Origin: Octopus bimaculoides | Taxonomy: Eukaryota | Reading direction: 5' to 3' | Length of the DNA: 63,647 nt | NCBI RefSeq assembly: GCF_001194135.2 | Contig: NC_068998.1 | Coordinates: 38,384,732 to 38,448,378 of the forward strand | Part shown: positions 47,192 through 61,344 of the stretch, piece by piece | Position numbering within the stretch: position 1 is the stretch's first letter | Layout of the letters: every line of letters starts with the position of its first letter | Translations under genes and position numbers: made by a program | Notes under the pieces: model-generated | The model's input: only the letters and a program-made list of their open reading frames with translations | Told to the model about the DNA's origin: nothing | Databases searched by the model: none

Positions 47192-48970
47192 GAAGCAGCT
47201 GTAGTAAATCTTAAAGCACATTTCAAGTCAGTTAAAGAAAATATTAGACATTATTATTATTATTGAAACATACTTCAGTGTACAATACAAGCTGAAACCC
47301 ACTAACTTGAAAAACTTGAAGGAAAACTTAAAATTATAATTCAACGGTCACAGATCAAAGTCTTCCCTCTCTCTTTCTCCACATACATATATATATATAT
47401 ATATAAATGTATGTATATATAGTTTCTCTCTTGGTCTCTCTCTCTCTCTCTCTCTCTCTCCATCTCTGTATTCCTTGATCTCTATCTGACTCAAGGTTCC
47501 CCTCTAATGAATACCATTCTTTTCATCTTAGTATTGAAGTATTACAACTATATAATGTTAATAGAGTTAGAGATATTAATGTCCAGATATTGGGTTTCTT
47601 TTCCTAGCAGCATACATGCTTAATGAAGTGTGGTGTTGCAGTCTCTGTTTTGACCAGTGGTATTCTCACATACTACTGTGTAGAGAATGAGTGATGTATG
47701 TCTTGACCAACAGGCATATTTTAAGAACTTCACACAAGACCAAAAAAAAAAAAGAAAATAATAATAATAATAATAATAATAACACCAATAATGATAATAA
47801 TGATGATGTTGATACGAATAATGATTCATTAATGGAAAGCTACTTTAAATACTTAAATTACTTTATAATTATACTTTTGCATACCATGTGCCTTAAACAA
47901 CCACTCCTGGTTTACAAAGCATCCATATATGTATTGTTTCCATCTGTTTAACATGGAAGCGCACGGAAGGACAGGATAATAAAGCTGATATAAACAAAAG
48001 TGAGTTTTGCACCAAAAGCCCCCATGAGAGCTTCTCTCGTGGTAATTGTTGCAGTATAGCTTGTTCTAATAGAACATTCATGTCTAAGTGAGGATAATAT
48101 CACCTCTCGGTATTAATACTGCCTCTGTCACTAATAAACGTATATTTTTTTAACAAGCTCACTGGTTAATCATGACCCCTAGCACCTGTTCTGGCACAGT
48201 TATTCTATAGTAGCTTGAAATCCACACTCTGTGAACTTTTAAGTTAACTCCCATGGAGAGCTAATTGGACCTGCAGCCCAAAACTAAAGTGAGCAATAAT
48301 AATAAAGCATTTATAGGTACCCTACCAATGTAGCATGACCCTACCAATATGGTATTACTTTAAATTCGGCTTCAATGAAAAACTTGTAAATTCACAAATT
48401 TTTGGAGTTCTTTGAAAATTTGAATTTTCAGCTGTTAGCATATAACAAATCCTCGTCCAGACCTGATTCCAATGCTGGATATTCAAGAACCAAATGAAGG
48501 GCAAATTTTCAATCCCAGGATCATACTGATTCCAAAAAGGTATATGTAGACTGAGATACAGGGATCCTGGACAGACAGATAGACAGAATTTCATGTTTAT
48601 TATTACAAATATTGCAGGGAGGGAGATGAGCTGTTGTTATCTCTAGCGGTTGAGTGTCCATCATTGATAAGACCAAGCAAAGTCAAAATCACATTATCTG
48701 GTGATCTCATTAATGGAGATGGCAGGGATCTATCTCTTCACTAGCAATATAAACAAGAGTGCATTTTGTACCAAAAGCCAATTTGAGACTTTCTCTCATG
48801 ATAACTACCACAGTATAGTGTGTTCTAACAGAACATCCATGTTTAAGTGGAGATAAATATTACCTCTCAATAAAGTTCAAAGGAAGGGGTCAGCAACCTA
48901 TTCATGTCACTTATATTGGCCTGAGACCTTAATCAGAACTCAAAGCACTTGATGGTTACTTCCAACTACC

Positions 48971-49196
48971 TTAACCCTTCAGCATTCTGATTATTCTGTC
49001 AAATGTAATACTTATTTATTCACATTGAATTGAATTAATCATGCATTATTGTGTGGCTTCAAGATTTCAATGATGTAATTGTCAATTTTTGACTGACATT
49101 GTAGAGTTGGTGTGAGAGACTGAATCTGGCTGGTTAGAAAATAAAACAAGTAGAATATTTGGACAGAAATGGCTGGCTTAAATGCTAAAGGGTTAA
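48971..49196 (+). mobile_element. piggyBac-type MITE, best-preserved copy
   Basis: TTAA-cccttcagcatt ... aatgctaaaggg-TTAA; the TTAA plus CCC termini are characteristic of piggyBac. Confidence 0.85.
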
Positions 49197-49280
49197 ACAT
49201 ATACATTTTGATTGAATAAAAGACAGGATGAGAATTGATACACTTGGATCACAGGCTTGTTTGATTAGGGATAACCTGTT

Positions 49281-49670
49281 CTTTTACTTGTTTCAGTCAT
49301 TTGACTACGGCCATGCTGGGGCACCAACTTGAAGGATTTTAGGTGAACAAATCGATACAAGGACTTATCTTCCTTTTAAGCCTGGTACTTATTCTATCAG
49401 TCACTTTTGCCGAACTGCTAAGTTACAGGGACATAAATACAATAACACCAGTTCTCAAGTGGTGGTGGTGGAGGGACAGACAGACACAAACACACACACA
49501 CACACATGACGAGCTTCTTTCAGGTTCTGTCTACCAAATCCACTCATGCGGCTTTGGTCAGCCCAATGCTATAGCAGAAGACACTTGCCCAAGGTGCCAC
49601 ATAGTGGGACCGAACCCAGAACTATGTGGTTGAAAAGCAAGCTTCTTGCCAAATAGCCATGCCTATGCCC
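49281..49670 (-). mobile_element. tRNA-derived SINE, family B (further fragments at 49745-49910 on + and 50000-50150 on -)
   Basis: Reverse complement of the family-B head, core and tail. Confidence 0.85.
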
Positions 49671-51555
49671 ATATATCGATTTTTTTTTCTTTTTTAATAC
49701 TTGCTGGTTCTAGAGAAGGAACAGACATTGCCTATGGTCTTCATGCCACTGTTTGACAACCAGTGTTGGTGTGTTTACATCCCTGTAACATAACAATTCA
49801 GCAAAAGAGACCGACAGAATAAGTACCAGGCTAAAAAAAGGAAAAATAAGTAGTAGGGTCAATTCTTTCGACTAAAATTCTTCAAGGCGGTGCCCCAGCA
49901 TGGCCACAGTATAGATAGATAGATAGATAGATAGATAGATGGATGGATGGATGGATGGATGGATGGATGGATAGATAGATAGATGATACTCACACACACA
50001 GGTGACAAGCTTCTTTCATTTCCTGTCCACCATGTCCACTCACAAGGCTTTGGTCAACCTGGGGCTACAGTAGAAGATACCATTCCCAAGGTGACGCACA
50101 GTGGGACTGAAACCAAGACTACACATTTTGAAAGCAAACTTCTTAACCACATAACCGATAGAAGATGGAAAAGCAGTACCCTTGTTTTTTACAGTCCTCA
50201 AACTCTTAAGAATGATATGGTTAATATTCCATTTGAACATTATTTTTTATTCTTTATTCTTTAAACGCTCACACATTCAAGCAAGTTCACGTTGAAAAAC
50301 AGTCTGCCTTTCTGCCAGTTGTTTGTTTGACTCTTGTTCCATAAGATATTTTATATGGATCTGGTTTACAGCAATTACATAACAATAAAAATATGTTATG
50401 CAAACAGTTCAACTACTGAAATTCAGAATCAACCTGTCACCACACTTTTAAAGCACGAATGACTCACTTGTCTATTCTGAATGATTACTTCACAATAATA
50501 TGCTCAACCAACTCAATATAGTCCAACAGAAAGCTTTAACATCATTGTAGTTATTGATGTAGAAGCTGCAAAAATGCCTAGTCAAAAGTTTGTTACTACA
50601 GTAATCTATAAAATGCATCTAAACTTCAGAATGTCAGAGCTTGGAGCTATACAACGACAACAGTGTGTAGTATGCTGTTGTACAAGAACTAATACTTTAT
50701 TTTCTGTACTCAGCTAATAATATATGGAACAAAATTCTGGAGGCTACAATTGGAATCATCTGAGCAGGCGATACTGGCTATTGTTAAGATCAGTGATTAT
50801 CTATCTAGCTATTCAGGATTGTGCTATGTCTCAATAAGACAGATTGTAAACCAGTTCTTAAGAATGGTTTTGCAGCTGAATTTAATCTTTAGTGCCAGTG
50901 TAGGCTAGTGTCTGCATCACACTGATTTTTCACACACACATACACATACACATACACACACAGATCTCTTCTAAATATTTTTTTAAGCCACCATCTAAAT
51001 TGGTGCAGTTCAACCAGTTAATTTTGTTTTGTTTTTAACTACTTTATACCTTGAAATAAATTGTTTTGATGAAAGAAATCCTAAATTTTAGCCAATTTTA
51101 AGATTTTATTTTATTGTCTCTTGCAGAATTTTTTTTTTTTTTAGAGAGTATCTTGGAGAAGTTTTCATCAGCTTATTGTACATCCATAGGTGAGGGAAGG
51201 TTCTATTTGTGCCAGGTACCAACAAAACATCAGGTGTTCTCAGACATCCTACTACCAATTTCCTCCACAAAATCAAGATAACAGCAGCTTGTTAGAGAAA
51301 CGAGCCCCCATGAGGTGGAGTGGCTGCTGCAGTGGGTGCCACTGGCCATTCTCCTCTGCAATGCCATCGCAGTCATTACCACAAGGCACAACTGAGCACA
51401 CCATTTGTTCTGGGATGTGTGGCCCATCGTCCCACACCCTCCATCTTCTGCTGCTTCACTCCCCCTTTTTTCTTTTCTTTCTTTTCTTTTCTTATCTCTC
51501 TCTTTTCCTGTTTCTTTGTATTCTTACCAAAAAGAAATTAATAAAAACATATAAT

Positions 51556-51709
51556 AGGAGTGGCTGTGTGGTAAGTAGCTTGCTTACCAACCACATGGTT
51601 CTGAGTTCATTCCCACTGCATGGTACCTTGGGCAAGTGTCTTCTACTATAACTTCAGGCTAACCAAAGCCTTGTGAGTGAATTTGGAAGACGGAAACTGA
51701 AAGAAGCCC

Positions 51710-51749
<40 letters not shown>

Positions 51750-51862
51750 TGTCTGTCTGTTTGTCTGTCTTTGTGTCTGTCCCCAGCCACTGCTTGACAA
51801 CTGGTGTTGGTGTGTTTACATCCCCATAACTTAGCGGTTTGGCAAAAGATATCAATAGAATG
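51556..51862 (+). mobile_element. tRNA-derived SINE, family B
   Basis: ggagtggctgtgtggtaagtagcttgcttaccaaccacatgg head with a (TG)n middle. Confidence 0.88.
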
Positions 51863-51959
51863 AGTTAACTTGAGAATTACATCAAGGTTACATATTTCTG
51901 TGGAATAATCAAATACTTACAGGTAAATTTTAATGAGCAGGTAATTCAGTGGATCAAAC

Positions 51960-52285
51960 TACTGCTATTCCATCAGTTACAATGACAAGGGTTCCAGTTG
52001 ATCCAATCAACGGAATAACCTATTCGTGAAATTAATGTGCATGTGGCTGAGCACACCACAGACACATGTACCCTTAACGTAGTTCTCAAGGAGATTCAGC
52101 AGACACAGAATATGACAAGGCTGGCCCTTTGAAATACAGGTACTACTCGTTTTTGCCATCTGAGTGGATTGGAGCAACATGAAATAAAGTATCATACTCA
52201 AGGACACAACGCATCACCAGGAATTGAACTCACAACCTTGTGATCATGAGCTGAATGCCTTAACCACTAAACCACGTGCCTTCAC
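51960..52285 (-). mobile_element. Third tRNA-derived SINE family (family C)
   Basis: Minus-strand head ggcacgtggtttagtggttaagg...gtgagttcaattcc (A and B boxes), then gcgttgtgtccttgag; partial head also at about 60496-60551. Confidence 0.75.
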
Positions 52286-53299
52286 AATGGGTCAAATAAC
52301 TAAATGCTAATCTTCAAAACCAATGGAAGACCCATCATCACTGCTGATAGATTTACCAACAGATCGAACTGGGTTCAGTACTGCAAGCCAGTAACTCACT
52401 CATCAAGTGTACAACTTCACAATTTTCTATGTGAGTGATTACTTACAGTTGAGTACACCCTATCCATCAACAATTAAGTTGTTTTGACCATGGACACAAT
52501 ACAATGGTGGTTACTGTATACAAACCAATGACCTCTCAGTTCATTGCCTGGTATCTGATTGGTTCAGCCATTTGTAATCTCCTGCCAATGCTGTTACTGT
52601 TTGGACCCAGGTAAAGCACGATTGAACAGACTTATAATCAAACGCATCACTTCGCTTTTGGCTGATATTCAGAATTCCCATATTGAATGTCCTTCCTGTT
52701 TTTTTAAAGATGGTAGGGTGTTATTTGGGAGGGATTTAGCTGTTGTTTCTAGCAGCTCAAGCAACCACACGGATGCCACAATGGTAAGGCTGTTTTCTTC
52801 ATTAGTCACAAAAGATAAATCAGCAGAAAGTTTCACACAAAATTTAAACTCAGTGACCTAAGTCGCTAATTCCAGCACTCTGCTGTTGAATCAAGGTACT
52901 TTTAGTTGCGAGAACCATTTCAGAACTGATCGGAACAAAGAAGAAGGAAAGAAAAAAAAGACTCGGAGATGAAATGATTAAACATTTAAGCAGTTAAGCT
53001 AACTAACAAGATTTCATCAAAGATTACTACGAAGTTCAAAAGGCAAGCTTTTATTATTTTTTTTTCTTCCAAAGAAATTGATAAGATCTTACCATGTTTG
53101 TAAAACTCTGAATAATGCCTTCTGTTAAGTACGATGAAGAATTTCTTTAAATTCCATCTCTTAGACAATATATAACATCTCAATTTACATATATAATGTA
53201 CCATAACATTCAGTTTAATCATTTTAAGCATTTTCTTGCATAAGCATAGGCTGGAACGGGTGATGCTACAGCTTCACACGTTTGTATAGATTGTTGTAG

Positions 53300-54640
53300 A
53301 AGTAATATAACTAATTGGACAAAGATGTTCAACCGACAACTCATATGTTGTAAGCTCATGTTTAATGTACAAGTGGCCAAAATGGGGTTCTTCTGAGTAA
53401 ACTGAGCAGCTACTTCTCAGCATTGAGGGGCCACAGCTCTGGTATTACAAACATGTGATTATAAAAGTAATATAACTAATTGGACAAAGATATTCAACTA
53501 CCAACTCATATGTTGTAAGCTCATANNNNNNNNNNNNNNNNNNNNNNNNNNNNNNNNNNNNNNNNNNNNNNNNNNNNNNNNNNNNNNNNNNNNNNNNNNN
53601 NNNNNNNNNNNNNNNNNNNNNNNNNNNNNNNNNNNNNNNNNNNNNNNNNNNNNNNNNNNNNNNNNNNNNNNNNNNNNNNNNNNNNNNNNNNNNNNNNNNN
53701 NNNNNNNNNNNNNNNNNNNNNNNNNNNNNNNNNNNNNNNNNNNNNNNNNNNNNNNNNNNNNNNNNNNNNNNNNNNNNNNNNNNNNNNNNNNNNNNNNNNN
53801 NNNNNNNNNNNNNNNNNNNNNNNNNNNNNNNNNNNNNNNNNNNNNNNNNNNNNNNNNNNNNNNNNNNNNNNNNNNNNNNNNNNNNNNNNNNNNNNNNNNN
53901 NNNNNNNNNNNNNNNNNNNNNNNNNNNNNNNNNNNNNNNNNNNNNNNNNNNNNNNNNNNNNNNNNNNNNNNNNNNNNNNNNNNNNNNNNNNNNNNNNNNN
54001 NNNNNNNNNNNNNNNNNNNNNNNNNNNNNNNNNNNNNNNNNNNNNNNNNNNNNNNNNNNNNNNNNNNNNNNNNNNNNNNNNNNNNNNNNNNNNNNNNNNN
54101 NNNNNNNNNNNNNNNNNNNNNNNNNNNNNNNNNNNNNNNNNNNNNNNNNNNNNNNNNNNNNNNNNNNNNNNNNNNNNNNNNNNNNNNNNNNNNNNNNNNN
54201 NNNNNNNNNNNNNNNNNNNNNNNNNNNNNNNNNNNNNNNNNNNNNNNNNNNNNNNNNNNNNNNNNNNNNNNNNNNNNNNNNNNNNNNNNNNNNNNNNNNN
54301 NNNNNACAACTCATATGTTGTAAGCTCATGTTTAATGTACAAGTGGCCAAAATGGGGTTCTTCTGAGTAAACTGAGCAGCTACTTCTCAGCATTGAGGGG
54401 CCACAGCTCTGGTATTACAAACATGTGATTATAAAAGTAATATAACTAATTGGACAAAGATATTCAACTACCAACTCATATGTTGTAAGCTCATATTTAA
54501 TGTACAAGTGGCCAAAATGGGGTACATTTGAGTAATGTTACTCAACGGGGAACATAGCTCAGAGACCAGGGAGTCCCACCGGGTCAAGTAGCTACTTCTC
54601 TGCATTGAGGGGTTACAGCTCTGGTATTGCAATCATGTGA
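53300..54640. repeat. 165-bp tandem unit flanking a 780-N gap
   Basis: 53337-53501 is identical to 54307-54471; period 165 on both sides; diverged continuation to about 54640. Confidence 0.85.
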
Positions 54641-54855
54641 TTAGAATGTCACAGAAAAGAATCACAAGACAGATTCTTCAAACCTGGCCAATTAACATGG
54701 GATCTAAGAGAAGAGGAAGAACAGTTTGGTTAGATAATCCCCATAGCCTCGGTTGGTCATGCTTGGAGATCTGGCCTGAAAGTCTAATAATGGTTACTTC
54801 TGATAGGACACCTTATTTTACTTCTTGTTTTCTACAATCATCTCATACCCCTTCA

Positions 54856-55116
54856 CAAGTTGTTCTCAGCCAGGGTCCACATGACCCCCTAGGGATCTAA
54901 ATAAGATTTTAGGGGGTTCCACACACAAGTAAAATAGTAAATTGGGGATGCACAGTAGTATATTAAGGATCCATGAAGTTAATGTGGAAATAACAGAATA
55001 GGTATTTTGAAGAAGATTCTTTAAAACTAGTTTTTAAACATCAAAACGCTATGGGTGTCCACCAGAGTAAAATAATAATCAAAGGGGTCCACAGGTAAAA
55101 AATGGTTGAGAATGGT
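54856..55116 (+). mobile_element. hAT-type MITE, decayed (family of 36575-36920)
   Basis: gttgttctcagccagggtcc...aaaaaatggttgagaat. Confidence 0.7.
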
Positions 55117-55719
55117 GGTGGTGCTGGTGGTGCTGGTGCTGGTGGCAGCAATGGTGACAATGATGGCGATGACAATGACAATGTCGATCATGATGAGGAG
55201 GAAGAAGAGGAGAAGGAGGACCTAGCGCAAAAACTGAACCTGTAGCACATATTGTCCTTCACCCCCTCAGCTTCTGCGACAGATCCTACATTGGTTTCAG
55301 TGGAAAGCATTTGGTCGTTCCATCAACAGAACATCTGACTCATTCCGTTAATATATATGTGGCTGAGTATTCCATAGGCATTAGTACCTTTATTGTATTT
55401 CTGAAGCGTAACCATTATAGTACATTATGTGACAAAACTGAATCTCTAAATGGCCCATACAATCCACCTGAGAAGCTTCCTTATGGTTCGTGTTTATGGA
55501 ATTTCACTCACAAAAAGGGTCCAACTCAAGGCTATGATAAAGACACTGGCCTAAAATGCCCCACAGTGAAGTTGAGCCAAAGACCTCATAATTGTGTCTT
55601 GTGCTTCACTCACCTGGCTGCTACACTTATCTTCTATACTGATCAAGATCATCAGAATCCTTGGTTTATTACTTTCAACCCTAAGCTGCTATACTCCTCT
55701 GAGGTAATATATGAATATA

Positions 55720-55761
<42 letters not shown>

Positions 55762-56214
55762 NNNNNNNNNNNNNNNNNNNNNNNNNNNNNNNNNNNNNNN
55801 NNNNNNNNNNNNNNNNNNNNNNNNNNNNNNNNNNNNNNNNNNNNNNNNNNNNNNNNNNNNNNNNNNNNNNNNNNNNNNNNNNNNNNNNNNNNNNNNNNNN
55901 NNNNNNNNNNNNNNNNNNNNNNNNNNNNNNNNNNNNNNNNNNNNNNNNNNNNNNNNNNNNNNNNNNNNNNNNNNNNNNNNNNNNNNNNNNNNNNNNNNNN
56001 NNNNNNNNNNNNNNNNNNNNNNNNNNNNNNNNNNNNNNNNNNNNNNNNNNNNNNNNNNNNNNNNNNNNNNNNNNNNNNNNNNNNNNNNNNNNNNNNNNNN
56101 NNNNNNNNNNNNNATATATGTATGTATATGTATATGTATATGTATATATATACATATATATATATACATATACATATATATATATGTGTATGTATGTATG
56201 TATATAGATATGTA

Positions 56215-56254
<40 letters not shown>

Positions 56255-56578
56255 CATATATACACACACACAAACACACAGACACACACACACACATATA
56301 TACAGACACAAACACACACATATACAAATACATGCACACACGCACACATTTAAATATATATATATATATATATATATATAATGTATACATGATACATATG
56401 TGTGTGTGTTTGTGTATATACATATGTATATAAATGTATATACATATATAATATGAATGTGTGTATATATACATTTATAATTTGTATGTATGTGTGCATG
56501 TATATATGTATGTATGTGTATGTATGTATGTGTGCATGTATATATGTATGTATGTGTATGTATGTGTGTGTATGTATG

Positions 56579-56609
<31 letters not shown>

Positions 56610-58057
56610 ATATGTGTGTGTGTGTGTATGTGTGTGGATGCATGTATGTATGTATGTATGTATGTATGTATGTATGTATGTATGTATGTATGTATGTATC
56701 AGATATAAGATCAAAACATTAATTGGATCTAAGAGGAAAGTATGGTAATATAAGTAAATAATCAGAATATTGTGATGGTTGCTGCAGCAGGGGGTTAATA
56801 TCTTCCCTTAACAGAATTTGCTATCTCAGATAATGTTTCGTTTCCAACAATGTATAGTTAATATGTTTGTTTCACTGACAAAGATAACATGTTTATTCTT
56901 TTATTAAAAGAAAGAAAGAAATGAAAAGGAAAAAAATAAATAAAATCTTTCGCAGAATTTCAGTAAACAGTAAATAAAATAATTTAAAATTCTGCCACAC
57001 TCTTATACATACAAACATTAAAATTTGCTTTATTTATTTTTTCTCTTCAAATTCAGTTTCTTTGAATAAAATAGAATTTCTAACAGTTTATTTATTTTTC
57101 TTATTAAATGTTATCTGTTCAATTCCATTTTCTTTTACTGCTTTTATCAAAGAATCGTAAAGAAGTTCAATTTTAGAATTTAAGGGGTTACATACAAAAC
57201 AAATCATTGAATATTTTTCCACAAAGAAATGTCACTATATAACCAACTTTCTCTCAATATCACAATTATTAGCTTAATGTTAAGAAATCTACCAAAATTT
57301 CTCTCTGGATAATATCGATAACTTTGTATCATTAAATTTGTGGGGAAAACTTCTGGAAAGAATAAAATGAAAATCAAAGAAATCCTATGGGGAAAATAGA
57401 ATTTTCTATCGAATTTTTAAGGCAGTTGCTAATTTTTACTTTCAACACATGATTTACTTAGTATTATTTTGCAAATAGAACCAAAGCTTCTTTCTGTTTT
57501 CCCAATTTTTTTTTTAAAAAGATAACAAAAATGCATTGAATATAATTGCTTTTATTGCTAGGGATGTAAAACTTATTGTAATAGCAGCTCTTTACCGAAT
57601 AAGTTACTGCTTTTGTTGAGAGACTCTGCTCAATTTCAATGATATTATGATTATATTTTCAAATCATTATTTCGGAATTCTTAGCATAAGAGCTGAGTTG
57701 CAGAACTATATTTTCTGTTGAACCAAGTTCCACAACCCAATTTGCAATTTATGATTGCAACAGTTTTTACTTCCCAATATATCTCTAATGCACTGGAAAG
57801 AGACATAAATCTGGATTCTTCTGACTAGGTAGCACATATTTAAAGATATATACTTGAATTCCAATAGTTCCATAAATATTCCAGATATTTTCTGTTTGAA
57901 AACGGCTGTCATTGATTCACAATTTAAACTGCAATTAACAGAGAATATATATGGGATTATGTATGTATGTATGTATGTATGTGCATATGCAGGTATGTAT
58001 GTATGTATCTATGTATGTATCAATGTATCTATGTTTTTTTTAGATTTATTTGAAGAA

Positions 58058-58386
58058 TTTTTAGTCGAATGAATAGACCCCAGAACTCTTTTTTAAGCCT
58101 GGCATTTATTCTATCAGAATCTTTTGCCAAACCACTAAGTTACAGGGATATAAACACAACAACACTAGTTGTCAAGCAGATGTGGGAGACATCCTCAAAC
58201 ACAAACACAAACACACATGTTATACAATGGGCTTCTTTCAGCTTCTATCAATCAAATCCACTCGCAAGGCTTTGGTCAGCCCGGGGCTATAGTAGAAGAC
58301 ACTTGCCCAAGGTGTCACACTGTAAGACTGAACCTGGATCTATGTGGTTGGGAAGGAAACTTTTTACCACACAGCCACGCCTGCAC
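58058..58386 (-). mobile_element. tRNA-derived SINE, family B (another at about 59290-59520)
   Basis: Reverse complement of the family-B head and tail. Confidence 0.85.
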
Positions 58387-58479
58387 ATATTACACAGTAA
58401 CGCCTCCATATGTTTGTGTAATTGTACACATACGTTGATCCAGAAACCTGAAATGGAGAATCCCTGAAGTATTTTAGGA

Positions 58480-59140
58480 ATTTTCACTGTTCCTCTAACC
58501 AATTATATCTGAAGAATGTGAATCAGTCTCCTCTATTCTTTTTTGGTGAACCCAAATATTTTTAGGCTTTTAAGCTAATTTATTATGAAGCCCAGTACAC
58601 CCATGATAATAGGAACAAATGAAAATCTACAGCATGGATACAAGAGCTGTAGATTTCTCATTTGTTCTTCATAGATATTCTCTTTTCCTCAATTTTTGAA
58701 GAGGCATTCACATCTGCTGAACAACTGATCTCTGCAATGCTGCACAACTTTTGTTCCCCATCTTATACAACAATATCTGTCCTGTTGTGCTAACACTGGG
58801 CTGCAGCTTTTGTTGGAATGCTCCACCCGTATTCTTTATTTTTAAGGGTATGGATACTTTCTGGTTCCAGTGTGACTTTGACATGGTAGTAAGGATAATA
58901 TTTCCTGCATATAACATTGCAGTCTGTCTGAACAACAATGTCATGTCTCACAGAAAGGTAGCATCTCACAAACATTTTTAGACAGCTACTGATGATACAA
59001 GCGATATCTTCTCATTGGTATGGCACAATCAACATTTTCTATCACAGCATGGAAGTTTACAGCCATTCCTATCTCTTTTGTTGATCAGGTATTTAGTAGC
59101 TGTCTCCTGTTTTGGGATGGCAAAGTTAAAGTCTTCTAAA
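58480..59140 (-). mobile_element. Decayed R4/NeSL-type LINE fragment (CCHC knuckle and REL-domain region)
   Basis: Minus-strand remnants CDRKC*LCHT (CxxC), LSVRHDIVV, KEYGWSIP and a following endonuclease-like segment; many stops and frameshifts. Confidence 0.6.
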
Positions 59141-60285
59141 TGAGATGCAATGTATTTATCACAGGGCTGGAGAGGCTACCATTTATGTCAATGTTCCTGG
59201 CTGGCATTTTCTAGCCTGTAGAATATGTATCTATTTTTTTTGTTCTTTTATATGTTTCAGCCTTGAGGCTGCGGCCATACATTTTTTTTTTTTTTTTTTG
59301 CTTGTTTCAAGTCTGCAATCATACTGGAGCTTTGCCTTGGAGGGTTTTTAGTCGAACAAATCAACCCCAGGACTTATTTTTTTGAGCCTAGTACTTATTG
59401 TATTAGCTTCCTTTTGCTGAACTGCTAAGTTACAGGAACGTAGACATGCCAACACCAGTTGTTAAGTGGTGGTGGTTGACAAACACAGACACAAACACAG
59501 ACACAGACACACACATACACACACACACACACACACATGCATACTGAGGCACTCAAAGTACAATGTGCATGTACTCTATCTGCACAACTGGGTCCCTACC
59601 AAGTCTACAACTGCTGTCTTTCCCCTTCTCCCTGTCCAGACAACTGGGGCCCTTCTCCTGACCCTCTTCTTATTGTCTTCTATTCCTCATTTTTCCCATC
59701 AAACCCCATCATATTTGTATCACTCTCTCACTCTTCCTCTATTCGCAACCCCTAACTCCACCCCTATTTTCCTATCATTCATCCCTCCATTACTCTCCTA
59801 TCTACTATATTATTCTGTTATTGGAAGTAACAAAAGCAGAATCTGTTACTACATACAATATCACCATCTCTGAACTGCCAGCCACTACTCCCTCTCCTTT
59901 GTGCTACTCCCAGTTGGCATCCATCCCTCATTCTTATCATTGTCTCCCCCCCCCCCTTACATATTTACTATTCCATCCCTGTTCACTTTTCTCTATATTC
60001 ATCCCCTATATACATCTGACCACCTCCACCCACATTCATGTTCCATCCATCACTCTGCTCCCCCACTCTTACAACCCCATCCACTCCATTTGACTCTTCT
60101 GTTTTCACACTGTCTTCTGTTCACATTCTTGGTCATTAAGGTACATTCTGGTACCATGTCCCCACTACATTTCGTTTTGGGGGTACCACCTCAGACTCTC
60201 CACTCCATCCATGTAAAATACAAACGAGGTAGCCATGAAGCTGCTCCACATCAGTAAACCGGTTCCGATTCTTTCCATCATACAT

Positions 60286-60735
60286 TAATCATTTAATACT
60301 TGGATTGCTCTGTCAAATTTAATGCTTATTTATTCACATTGTTTTAAATTAATCATGAATTATCTCATAGCTTTGTGATTTTGATGATGTGGTTATGTAC
60401 TTTTAGATTGACATTGTAGGGTAGGCATGAGAGGCTGGATCTGGCCAGTTTGAACATAAAACAGGAAGAATATTTAGGCCAGATATGCCCGGTTTGGGAA
60501 TTGAACTCACTACTTCATGATTGTAAGCCTGACACTCTAATCACTGAGCCTATGTATTCACATTGTTTTGAGTTAAACATAAATTATCTTGTAGCTTTCA
60601 GATTTCGATGATGTGATTGTTTATTTTTAGAATGACATTGTAGGTAGGCATGAGAGGCCTGATCTGCTCAGTTTGCACATAGAACAGTTAGAATATTCGG
60701 GCCTAATATGGCTGGTCTGAATACTAAAGGATTAA
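60286..60735 (+). mobile_element. Two partial piggyBac-type MITE copies separated by a SINE-C head fragment
   Basis: Body shared with 48971-49196 at about 60286-60495 and 60553-60735. Confidence 0.7.
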
Positions 60736-60759
60736 TGTTCACAAATGATGGCATAACAC

Positions 60760-61340
60760 ACAAAATGAGTGTTGTGTGAAACTACAGACACCCAATAAGC
60801 TAAAGAATTTCCTAGGATCTTTAAGAGTATCATTAAACATGGCAACTGCCCTCATCACTCATATTCAATGTATTTGAAACAGAACTTTCTGGAAAAGACT
60901 ATCAACTCACACTTTTATCTCCTGAGTAGGAAAGAATAACTGGTGGGTCGTGAAAAGACTGGTTAACACATCTAAATGGCAGTAATGTTTCAGGAGACTG
61001 CAAAATAAAGCAATGCTCAGAAAATATAGCACATAATGTAGACAATACAGGGAAAAAGAAATCTGCCTGACATTTGGAAATGACAGAAGAAGGGATGGGT
61101 GACAATAGAAATTTTCATACAATGATCTGTTTCATAGTTTTTTTGTCCATCAGTGAAAAGATAATCCAAAGAGCATAACCTTAAATCTAAGATGATAGAT
61201 AATGCTCCAAGCCAATTCCACAATCCTGACACACATATGTAACTGCAACGCTTATGTTATCACAATAAAGCCTCGCCTCTTATGTTCAGTTGGGGAAAAC
61301 TCTAACCCAACATACTTTCATCAGACCCATGCAAGTATGG
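60760..61340 (+). mobile_element. pogo/Tigger (DDE_1) transposase fragment, pseudogenised
   Basis: Remnants FWKRLSTHTFIS, KDWLT..NVSGDCKIK, NLPDIWK..KGWVTIEIF and MIDNAPS match the pogo DDE_1 motif order. Confidence 0.7.
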
Positions 61341-61344
61341 AAGA

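Noticed and set aside
51190-51470. GC-rich patch with faint resemblance to a CRE/NeSL endonuclease region
   Set aside because: Similarity too weak to assign by eye.
53337-54640. Regularly spaced repeats considered as a CRISPR-like array
   Set aside because: Eukaryotic context, 165-bp contiguous units and no unique spacers.
55114-55225. Gly/Asp/Glu-rich coding-looking stretch
   Set aside because: Compound trinucleotide repeats next to a MITE end; no start codon or splice context.
55311-56748. Many long YI/HT/CV ORFs, including those spanning N runs (also near 28.5, 35.7, 37.7, 46.2, 53.4 and 62.0 kb)
   Set aside because: Dinucleotide repeats and assembly gaps contain no stop codons.
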